Shown here: piece after piece, positions 11,228-19,620 of the stretch
Layout of the letters: each line of letters starts with the position of its first letter
How positions within the stretch are numbered: the first letter of the stretch is position 1
Assembly: GCA_965208675.1 (NCBI GenBank)
Contig: OZ242351.1
Coordinates: 1,280,001-1,344,000, forward strand
DNA length: 64,000 nucleotides
Source: Candidatus Poribacteria bacterium
GTDB lineage: Bacteria > Poribacteria > WGA-4E > PCPOR2b
Direction of reading: 5' to 3'
Translations under genes and position numbers: made by a program
Notes under the pieces: generated by a model
Databases searched by the model: none
Told to the model about the DNA's origin: nothing
Seen by the model: the letters and a program-made list of their open reading frames with translations, nothing else

Positions 11228-11899
11228 ATGCGTACCAAATGTTTCTATTTCTATTTGCCCATGCTCATGTTAATGGCTTGGCTCTTGTCAGCGTGTGCGG
11301 CTAAAGTCATGGATAATTCTCAACTCCAGTACATCGCTCCCGAATTTACAGAAAATTCCCTGCCCGACCATGGTCTGAGCCTACTTCCCATCGTCGCTGG
11401 CAATGGGCAAGAAGGGTTGCGCAGACCGCTAGGGGCAAAGCTTGATTTAAATCTGACAAATCAATTGCCTCAAGGAAAATTCATCGCGACAATTCCAACG
11501 CTTGACTTGATTAACGAAGCGAATCTGACGGAAGCCTACGCGCAGATGATCGATGATTATGCCCGTGCTGCGATTCTCAACAAGAAAACACTTCGCCAGA
11601 TTGGCGAGGCGACAGGAATTCGTTACCTCTTGCACGTGAAGCTATTGGATCAATCCCACACGGAAACCGTCGGTCCCGCTCTCTTATCCGACGAAATTAT
11701 CAACGTGCAAATTCGGAACGTAAGTATATTCGGACAAGTGTGGGACTGCGATTTAGGTGATATTGTGTGGGAGGGTACGGGAGAGGCTACGGTGCGAACT
11801 GAGGTTGAAGTTCAGTATCTAAAGCATTCCATCAATGACTTGGTCAACATAGCGGCGCGTTCATTTCTAAACAATCTACCCGGAATTAAAATTTCATAA
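11228..11899 (+). CDS. Hypothetical lipoprotein
   Basis: GGAGG RBS, lipobox LLSA-C; 'DCDLGDIVWEG' resembles CsgG/LpoB-like folds (inference). Confidence 0.65.
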   Translation: MRTKCFYFYLPMLMLMAWLLSACAAKVMDNSQLQYIAPEFTENSLPDHGLSLLPIVAGNGQEGLRRPLGAKLDLNLTNQLPQGKFIATIPTLDLINEANLTEAYAQMIDDYARAAILNKKTLRQIGEATGIRYLLHVKLLDQSHTETVGPALLSDEIINVQIRNVSIFGQVWDCDLGDIVWEGTGEATVRTEVEVQYLKHSINDLVNIAARSFLNNLPGIKIS

Positions 11900-12073
11900 G
11901 CCAAATTGATGTGCGTTTGACTAGGCAGGGCACCATCGTAGGCTTCTGATTTTTCACGTCCTCCCCGTAGACAGACATTTTTGGTTTGCCTTGTGCGGCC
12001 AACCTCAATTCACATCACAAGTTATCGGTCCCGTTCATGGCGAGCTAGGTGGCATTAGACGCGTTGTGTTGGG

Positions 12074-12200
12074 TTACACTTGCTCACTCACCTCGTTGAC
12101 CCTCATCGCTGTTTCAAAAATGGGAGTTATGTCCGCTGGCTGTAGTTCGTCCAATGTCTTTATTCTGTATAACTGAATTTGCTTAATTGATTGCCTTGAA
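12074..12200 (-). pseudogene. Possible C-terminal gene remnant (DUF1801/YdhG-like)
   Basis: KQIQLYRIKTLDELQPADITPIFETAMRVN...* with no start codon. Confidence 0.25.
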
Positions 12201-12236
12201 TCACATCTCGCCAGCTATTGGGGGTTTTTGGTTGGA

Positions 12237-14000
12237 CTATTGAACGACTGGCAGCCAAGAACGGGACCAAGTGCCGTGGGCGCCAGCCGTCGCGTAGTCG
12301 GTCAGGTGAATCTCCGTCCCATCCGTAGCCGTCGTCTTGAATAAGGTCAACGGTTGAAACCGGTCGCTGCATGCCGCGGGGTTTAACTCTAGCTTGCCAA
12401 AATCCAACGTCGGCATGTCATCCGGTTCAATGGAGTTGTGCTTTTGGTCAAATGCCAATAATAGGGGACCTCTGTAAAGGGATGCGTTATGATTGACGTA
12501 TGCATCGCCCCGAAGCAGGCGTAGATTAAAGTCTAACTCCACATCAATGCAATCCTTCATTTTCCATTTTCTGTCCAGTTTGAGGTAAACCCCCGGTCGG
12601 ACATCACCGACGGGGTTGCCGTTCAAAGACACCTTCGTTTTCATTGACCAAGCAGGTATTCGCAAGTAAATAGGAGTTTTTTGCGCGCTGTCTGGTTCCA
12701 CTTCTATGCGAACCGTCGGCTCGGCCGGATATCTCGTCTGTTGCCTAAAAATCCACTTTGAAGTCGTGTTTAAATTTACATCAATCGCGCCCGGACCGTA
12801 ATAGTTCAAATATAGTCCCTGCTGGTCGTCCCCCAAAATCGCCCATTCGGAAAGCATACCTAAACTCCGGGGACCGTTTACCGCACAGCAATTTAACTCC
12901 GGCGAACCGCACGCCGAATGAACATCTGCCAAATGATGGAATGAGGCGAGCCGCTTGCCATCCATCGGCGTATCGTACGTCCACCAGCGGCCGCTGGGGT
13001 GCTGGGAGCCTAGCATAGCGTTCCATGTGGCGTTTTCGATGGCGTCGGCGATTTTGCAGTCCGGACTGAATCGCAGCGCGTCAATACTGTACGCAATCCA
13101 AGCCACTGTGCAGCAAGTTTCAATCGCGCCCGGCATAAATGGATTGCCGGCCGCCTGCTCGCCCACAGAAAAACTGCCGGCGTTGTGAACATCCGTCTTG
13201 AGGATACTGTGCCAATAGTGTACTTGTGCCTGCTTGTACGTCTCATCACCGGTAATCCGGTAGAGCTCGCTCAATCCTTGCAGCGCATGAAGAATTTCCC
13301 AACGGTGGGAACCGGTTTGGTAAAAGTCTACACCCTCCATCGCCTGATGGTAGTAGCCGCGCCCGCCCAGCTTTTCCCAGAAAGTTTGAATATGTTGTAT
13401 GCCTTGGAGGTAGAGATCGGTACCAGTTTCTTGGTAGAGAAGCCCCAAAGCGTGAATAATCGACGTGTTAATTTCCGGTCCCGGTGTATCATGAAATCCC
13501 TTTTCCCCGGCTAGTAAACCGCTGCAGATTAAGTCCGCTGCGCGCAGCGCGCAATCCAATGCGGCTTGGTCGCCAGTTTCGCGGTGCCACATATAAAGAC
13601 CCAAGATGCAATGATAATGCGCCCAGATATCCCAATGCGCAAAAAGCCGCTCATGTTTGTAGTAGACCCCCAAGTATCCGTCCTCGTCTTGCGTGGAGAT
13701 AAAATCTTCGACGAGTTCGCCGATAAAGGGACGCAACTTGGGATCGTCCGTCATGCGCATGGCCTGTACGGCGGAAATCAAATACTTCCCCCACAAAGAC
13801 CCCGAATCTATGGTGACTTTCGGTTTGGGCGCACGGTCGCGCATGCGAAACATCTCCAGAAGGCCGGGGTTCACTTCTGGGCAAGGATACAGCCAATTGT
13901 CCAGATTGGCTTGGATTCGCCGCCCCATCTCACCTTCCAAACGCAAAAATAACTGCGGCTGATGCAATTCGGAAATTTGAGGGTTCTCGGTAACATTCAT
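12237..14000 (-). CDS. GH127-like (beta-L-arabinofuranosidase family) glycoside hydrolase
   Basis: QDEDGYLG, IETCCTVAW, LNCCAVNG, QTRYP, LRIPAWS, YRGPLLLA. Confidence 0.85.
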   Translation of the reverse strand: MNVTENPQISELHQPQLFLRLEGEMGRRIQANLDNWLYPCPEVNPGLLEMFRMRDRAPKPKVTIDSGSLWGKYLISAVQAMRMTDDPKLRPFIGELVEDFISTQDEDGYLGVYYKHERLFAHWDIWAHYHCILGLYMWHRETGDQAALDCALRAADLICSGLLAGEKGFHDTPGPEINTSIIHALGLLYQETGTDLYLQGIQHIQTFWEKLGGRGYYHQAMEGVDFYQTGSHRWEILHALQGLSELYRITGDETYKQAQVHYWHSILKTDVHNAGSFSVGEQAAGNPFMPGAIETCCTVAWIAYSIDALRFSPDCKIADAIENATWNAMLGSQHPSGRWWTYDTPMDGKRLASFHHLADVHSACGSPELNCCAVNGPRSLGMLSEWAILGDDQQGLYLNYYGPGAIDVNLNTTSKWIFRQQTRYPAEPTVRIEVEPDSAQKTPIYLRIPAWSMKTKVSLNGNPVGDVRPGVYLKLDRKWKMKDCIDVELDFNLRLLRGDAYVNHNASLYRGPLLLAFDQKHNSIEPDDMPTLDFGKLELNPAACSDRFQPLTLFKTTATDGTEIHLTDYATAGAHGTWSRSWLPVVQ

Positions 14001-14029
14001 CGGGTTTCCTTTGAGTCGTCCTTATTCTT

Positions 14030-15010
14030 TTGATTTTGGTTCCTCATTCGCAATTACCGGGTAACAGGTGAACCGCTCATCCTAAATTTCATAGTTAAGT
14101 TTAATCCAGAATATCGAGCCGCAAAACTCACCGGTCCATGTGCTTTCCCAGTCGATAAAGTATGAATTTGGCGAATAATCCCTTTGATGTGTTCACCCCA
14201 TGAAATGGCTATGCTCCCGCCGGTATGTGCCCATTTGTCGGGAATCAGATCCTAAGCGTTTGACACAGCCGTCAAATATCATTCTATGCCGGTTGCTCTA
14301 TACAAATCCAAATACTTTTCAAACGCGGTAATTTCATAGCAGTGCGCTGGCGGCGCTTATAAATTGCCCTATCGTCATTTACGATTAACTGATTCAGCCA
14401 CCAATCTTCTTGGTAATACTGTTGAACCACGTCAAGTTCCCGCTTCGGCCCTTTGATGTAAGACACATCCTTGTATTGGGTATTATCCCTTGGTAACCGA
14501 GAGTCAAATCTTTAACTTCCGGGAGATATTCGCATGCGTTAAACTAGTTCTGATGTGCTCGAATTAGTGGCAAGGCTTTTTCGCTTTCGCCGATAATCGC
14601 TTCGATGAGCCAGTGAGTTACCCGCGACCTAACATAGTTCGGGTTCCCACCAACGGCAGTCTCAGTCTCTTTGTACGCCATCATAAACCCATTCGCCTGC
14701 TTACATTCATCAATTCCGTCGACAACCCGGTCCATCATGTCTCTTAGATCGGGATTATTTTCCCATATTAGCACATTCCCGCTGCCCATGAGAAACAGCC
14801 CGCCAATGAACCGTACAGAAGCGGTGGGGCATGCTCCCAGCCCCTGCTGCGCCCCGGTGGATTCAAATCATCAACCCGTTGTCTGAAACAGCACAGAATG
14901 TCATCAACAGGGTACGTCTTTTGTGGGTACTGGACATTATTATCAAAAACAGTCTTTAATATCTAGCCGGTTAGTTCGACGCCAGACGTTGGCGTGACAA
15001 TCAACAGTTC
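14030..15010 (-). pseudogene. Degraded GH127-like paralog
   Basis: Fragments VELTG*ILKTVFDNN..DD..FRQR, GWE..GSLAG/LFLMGSGNVLIW..DGIDECKQANGFMMAY, YYQEDWWL, TGEFCGSIFWIKL; stops and frameshifts. Confidence 0.7.
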
Positions 15011-15088
15011 CACAAGTAACCAAAGTGAAGAGAGTCCGGTTCGTTGTCTTTTTACCCCACTCCAATCGACAAAACCAACGTTATTGGC

Positions 15089-15943
15089 TTAACGGGTCAC
15101 TTTGAGTGCACCCCAAAATGTTGCAAGTTTACTTGTAGGTTCAACAACAGCAAGCATATCGCTAATCGGATGGTCCATTAACTCTTCGATTTCTGGTACA
15201 TCCAGTTCCTTGCTGAAGATAGCCATCTCGTCCATCGTGCCATTGAAAAACTCAAACATCAACGGCTCGTTCCCGCCGCAACACTCGTGTACATTCCCTA
15301 AAGCCCCAAAGACGATGGGCCAGTCGATTCCGGAGATGTCCTTATCGCCGGAGATATCCCTTTCCCCATCCAATTTCGCGTCCACATAAATTTTGGCTTC
15401 AAGCGTATCCAAATTAAATACATGAACAACGTGATGCCATTTGTTGTCAGCTACGTTGGTCGCAGATTGAAGTGCCCAGCCCGGCGCAACATTGTCCACG
15501 GCTTCAGAAAAAGGTCTGCCGCCAACAATCGCAGCATGCCACCCTTGTGTCCATCCGCTTGAACCTTTCTCTATTGTCCGGCCTTTCCCCGATCTCATGG
15601 TCGTTTTAACCCAGTAAGCAACGCTCAAAGCCGTGCCAGGCTTGCCGAGCGCGTCATGTTTGTCATTCGTGCCGACAAGCACAAACCATTTCTTGCCTGC
15701 ATTGAATTCCAAGCCCATACCAAACTTGCCTTCGACCCACGCGTCATCGTGGGGTTTCCCGTCCCATTCGGGCCCAACGCTTAGGGTACCGTGTAAACGC
15801 CCAGCCAGATCCGTGACTCTGCTGCCGCGCCCTTCATCAGCCGGCCAATATCCTACGACATCTCCGCTTTCAAACGCAAAGGCGGAGAATGTCAAGAAAA
15901 AAACAGCCAATCCGAGCAGCCATAAATGTAGCTTGGTGTACAT
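15089..15943 (-). CDS. Secreted LamG/concanavalin-like domain protein with WGxxK C-terminal tail
   Basis: Signal peptide, VGYWPADEG, WVEGKFG, DNKWHHVV, FNGTMDEMAIF, tail VEPTSKLATFWGALK. Confidence 0.85.
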   Translation of the reverse strand: MYTKLHLWLLGLAVFFLTFSAFAFESGDVVGYWPADEGRGSRVTDLAGRLHGTLSVGPEWDGKPHDDAWVEGKFGMGLEFNAGKKWFVLVGTNDKHDALGKPGTALSVAYWVKTTMRSGKGRTIEKGSSGWTQGWHAAIVGGRPFSEAVDNVAPGWALQSATNVADNKWHHVVHVFNLDTLEAKIYVDAKLDGERDISGDKDISGIDWPIVFGALGNVHECCGGNEPLMFEFFNGTMDEMAIFSKELDVPEIEELMDHPISDMLAVVEPTSKLATFWGALKVTR

Positions 15944-16406
15944 GTCATTTCCTCCCGAAATTGGATTAGTCTTTCAGTTTCGCATTAGTAAAATCCTCTG
16001 CATCCCGATACCTATTGTCTCAAGAATTCGGACGCTAATGTGTCGCGCGCCAAGACATTGTTGAAGCCAAAAGGTACATATCACATGAACATTTCAAAAC
16101 CCAAGTTGAATAGTACCCACGAGTCATCGTATCACTTTTTGGGGCGCGGTGTCAAACCATTTCAATCCCTTCATTTCCCCTCATAAACATACCAGCGTTT
16201 CAGAGGAGCGGGGATTTCGATTTCACGAAAAGAGATGCGCTCCTGTCACATATATCGGAATTTAGGCGGATTTAGGAAAATCGCGGGGATAAACGATTCC
16301 GATGGAACTGCACGTCGTTATTCAAACGCCGCCCGGCCAGTCCGGCAATTAAGGATTATAGTCAGATTGAAGGTTCAATCAACACCATCAAATTGCTCCA
16401 AATCCT

Positions 16407-17150
16407 TCATGTCGCGGTTTTAATCTCTCCCCATATCGTTGTAAGATTGCCATCAGGTTGGACCTGTAACGCATCTTTTAAAAATAGTATCTCGTCAGCA
16501 ATCTGAAGGTCATCGAAGTACACATCTGCACCGGGACTTTCCCATTTGCCAACCTGCCGAAAATAATGCCCTCCGCCCTTCATCTTGTCGCCTAATGCAC
16601 CGCCGCGGTTCTTGATAAAGGACGTGTCCTCAAAGACGATTACCGGTTCTTCTCCTTCGGCTTCAACGTAACAGTCAAAAGTCTGGTTCTTCAAGTTAAT
16701 CTCCGTTTTTAACCGGTACCATGTGCGGGGTTCCAAGTTTACGGGTTTCGCAGGCTGAGGAAATCCGTTAATCGCATAAACCATCAGATTGTCTGCGCGG
16801 ATTCCGATATGCGGGCCAACCCATCCCCAAACGTCGTTTGTCCAAACATGAATGTGGTGTAGATGCGGATCGCCCCTGAGGGTGCCATCGACGTAAAACC
16901 AGATTGCATCATCGATTCGGTCCTTTTTTGGCAGATTTAGTGGCACCCGTGCACTGGGAACTCCAACACCTTCCCCAGTGCTCAAAATGCTGTGTTTTCC
17001 ACTATGGGCTTTTTTATCGGAAATTGCCATACCCTGAAATGCCCAGTCGGCTGCGCCGTCTTCAAAATCCTGCTCATAAAATACCTCAACGCCGCTAAGT
17101 GTCGCGGGAATTAACATTCCAAACATCAACAACAGCACAACTCTCTTCAT
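16407..17150 (-). CDS. Secreted beta-sandwich protein with WGxxK C-terminal tail
   Basis: Signal peptide, QDFEDG, AHSGKHS, VYFDDL, tail VQPDGNLTTIWGEIK. Confidence 0.75.
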   Translation of the reverse strand: MKRVVLLLMFGMLIPATLSGVEVFYEQDFEDGAADWAFQGMAISDKKAHSGKHSILSTGEGVGVPSARVPLNLPKKDRIDDAIWFYVDGTLRGDPHLHHIHVWTNDVWGWVGPHIGIRADNLMVYAINGFPQPAKPVNLEPRTWYRLKTEINLKNQTFDCYVEAEGEEPVIVFEDTSFIKNRGGALGDKMKGGGHYFRQVGKWESPGADVYFDDLQIADEILFLKDALQVQPDGNLTTIWGEIKTAT

Positions 17151-17324
17151 CGAAGATTCCTCCTTCTTAGAATGTTCGGAAATTCTGAAGCTTTGAGTAT
17201 TTTACCACAAGCAAATCGTCTTTATTTGCAAAATCATATTTCCTGCGTTTTTCTACGGTTGGCTAAGGTTTACACATACCGTAGCGTTCTTTATGCGATG
17301 TTGCCTGCAATCGCGTCTTCCGGG

Positions 17325-18488
17325 TTAATCGTCAATTGTTAGTGTTTCAATGTTATTCAATGCTTGTTCTAAGAGCGAATCAGTTTCTAGATTTTTCTCT
17401 GCTTCCCTCACTGACTCAATTGAAGCGTTGGTCGCGGGATGATCGGGTACGAAAAGTGAGCAGCAATCGTCGTGCGGCAGCGTAGATATTTCAAACGTCT
17501 CTATCCGCTGAGCGAGGCGGATTATCTCCTCCTTGTCATCTCCGATGAGTGGGCGTAGGATCGGTAACTCAACTGCATCTTCGATGGCTCTGAGATTCCC
17601 AAGTGTTTGTGAAGCGACCTGTCCAAGGCTCTCCCCCGTGACTAAGGCATCCGCTTTCACAGCCTTTGCAATCCGCTGCGCAATCCGTGCCATGTACCGC
17701 CGGTAAAGAATTACCCGAAATGGGGCTGGGGTTTTAGTCACAATTTCGCGCTGAATGTCTGCAAACGGCACCAGATAAACAACTGTGCGATAATTCCAAA
17801 TCGCCAAAAACTGAGCGAGCGCCTTTACCTTTTCGAGTGAGGCTTTGTCCGTATAAGGATAACTGAAGAAGTGAATATGGCTGACTTTCGCACCGCGTCT
17901 CATCATTCGCCATGCCGCTATGGGCGAATCAATTCCCCCCGAGAGCATCACAAGCACCTTTCCGCTAACGCCGACCGGTAACCCGCCAATTCCCTGAATC
18001 TTCTCCGCACAGATATACGCGGCTTTTTCAACTACCTCAATATGACACAATAATTCCGGATCGCGCATGTTCGCACGTGCGCCGGTATGTTCTATCAGGT
18101 AACCCCCCACCGCAGCACTTATTTCTGGTGAAGTCATCGGAAAATCCTTGTTCGCACGCTTGGTTTCAACCTTAAGCGTCTTAAACGCCTTGTCCCGTAC
18201 CCACTCGAGCGCAGCAGTCTGGATTGCCTCAATGTTCTGTTCGGTGACACAAGCAAGCGCGTAATGGGCAATCCCCATGACTTTTCCCAACTTTTCCCGA
18301 ATCGCCGTAACGTCACTTTCTGGTTGGATTGTGACCAGTATCCGCCCGTATATGCGTTTTACATCCGCGCAACCCATACCCTTTAGTGAACGCCTGATGT
18401 TTTGAACCAGCTTATTTTCAAAGAAAGATCTGTTCTTCCCTTTTAGTCCGACTTCTCCGTAGTGAACAAGAAACACCCTATCCATCAT
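17325..18488 (-). CDS. thiI: tRNA 4-thiouridine synthase (no rhodanese domain)
   Basis: YGEVGLKGKNR, THUMP domain, SGGIDSP PP-loop, GESLGQVASQT, RPLIG, DCC. Confidence 0.95.
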   Translation of the reverse strand: MMDRVFLVHYGEVGLKGKNRSFFENKLVQNIRRSLKGMGCADVKRIYGRILVTIQPESDVTAIREKLGKVMGIAHYALACVTEQNIEAIQTAALEWVRDKAFKTLKVETKRANKDFPMTSPEISAAVGGYLIEHTGARANMRDPELLCHIEVVEKAAYICAEKIQGIGGLPVGVSGKVLVMLSGGIDSPIAAWRMMRRGAKVSHIHFFSYPYTDKASLEKVKALAQFLAIWNYRTVVYLVPFADIQREIVTKTPAPFRVILYRRYMARIAQRIAKAVKADALVTGESLGQVASQTLGNLRAIEDAVELPILRPLIGDDKEEIIRLAQRIETFEISTLPHDDCCSLFVPDHPATNASIESVREAEKNLETDSLLEQALNNIETLTIDD

Positions 18489-18514
18489 TTACACCCTTTA
18501 TTTCCCGTCCCGCC

Positions 18515-18568
18515 GTAGGCAAGGCTCCTTACTCCACTACACACCGTAGGCGGGGCATCCTGCCACGA
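18515..18568 (+). repeat. Two GTAG-type REP-like units
   Basis: ccGTAGGcaaggctccttactcc and ccGTAGGcggggcatcctgccacg between rtcA and thiI. Confidence 0.45.
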
Positions 18569-18573
18569 TACTC

Positions 18574-19620
18574 TCATAGTGGGCGCGTCATAACCCTACC
18601 CCGCTCTCCCTCTGTACCCTCGATTTCAAATCGATCGGGCAAAAACTGCTGAACCAACCAAATATTCGTCGTGACATGCCGCGAAATTTGCGAAGTGGTA
18701 AAACAAGTTTCACCCGCGGAAAGCGCCATGGGTAAGATGAGTTGATCCGAAAGGTGCCCGTCAATCGCCGCTCCCGATTCCAAGTAATCAATCAGAGCCA
18801 GACAGGCTTCATCGGCGACCTGTTCGGCAGGTTTGCCGCGTTGCCCCAGTGCGGAAAATCCAGCTTGCGCATGCTCAAATTCCGCATTTAGAAAAACTAG
18901 CGTTCCCTGGCCGATTGATTTTCCCTCTACCAGGTCAATAGAAATACGCCGGGCGAATGGCGCTAAGCGTGCCATACACCGATCCCGCTGGCGGATCGCA
19001 ATGCGCCTCGGAAGACTAGAAACGGCGGATATTCCCCGTATTGATTTCAACGCGCCCCGCTCACTCAGTTTTACGCCGTTCCAGTTGGAGACAGGTTGAA
19101 CGTGTCCAGTTGCTTCTCCTCCCCCTTTTGGATACCAGCCCCACCGTTTCAACCTCAAGGAGCCTTGAAATCCAAACTTCGCCAGCGTAGGTATGAAAAT
19201 CGTCTGAACGTAATGAGTGTTTGGACTGTAAGGTACATGCGTCCCACCGCGCAGCGTCACGGTTGACGGTGCATCAGCGTATGTAAGCGGAAGGGCAATG
19301 GACTGAAAGACCAGCGATAGCGCCCCGGCGCTTGGACGGACATCAGCCACATTAAAGCTGTAGTTGCCTGCGCGAATCCGCTGCGGAACAAAGGTTAATG
19401 TTTGCGAACCAAGCGTATCGCCAGCCACTTCGGCGTTTGTGATTGCCGTCACCGCATTGACCGTGGTGAGATGTTGTGCCGCCAGACCCGGTTTTTTGCG
19501 TCTCGAACGGATTTTCGTCAAACGGATGGGCTGTCCGAGAATCGCCGACAAACTCAGGCTCGATCGCAAAATCTGTCCGCCGCCTTCGCCGTAATCGCCA
19601 TCAATTTCGAGAAATCTCAT
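18574..19620 (-). CDS. rtcA: RNA 3'-terminal phosphate cyclase
   Basis: GEGGGQILR, KPGLAAQH, GGTHVP, GWYPKGGG, catalytic His in DGHLSDQL. Confidence 0.95.
   Translation of the reverse strand: MRFLEIDGDYGEGGGQILRSSLSLSAILGQPIRLTKIRSRRKKPGLAAQHLTTVNAVTAITNAEVAGDTLGSQTLTFVPQRIRAGNYSFNVADVRPSAGALSLVFQSIALPLTYADAPSTVTLRGGTHVPYSPNTHYVQTIFIPTLAKFGFQGSLRLKRWGWYPKGGGEATGHVQPVSNWNGVKLSERGALKSIRGISAVSSLPRRIAIRQRDRCMARLAPFARRISIDLVEGKSIGQGTLVFLNAEFEHAQAGFSALGQRGKPAEQVADEACLALIDYLESGAAIDGHLSDQLILPMALSAGETCFTTSQISRHVTTNIWLVQQFLPDRFEIEGTEGERGRVMTRPL

Noticed and set aside
11995-12076. Possible integron attC site after the 12074 gene remnant (ACCCAAC...GTTGGCC on the minus strand)
   Set aside because: No convincing L-box pairing, single copy, no integrase.
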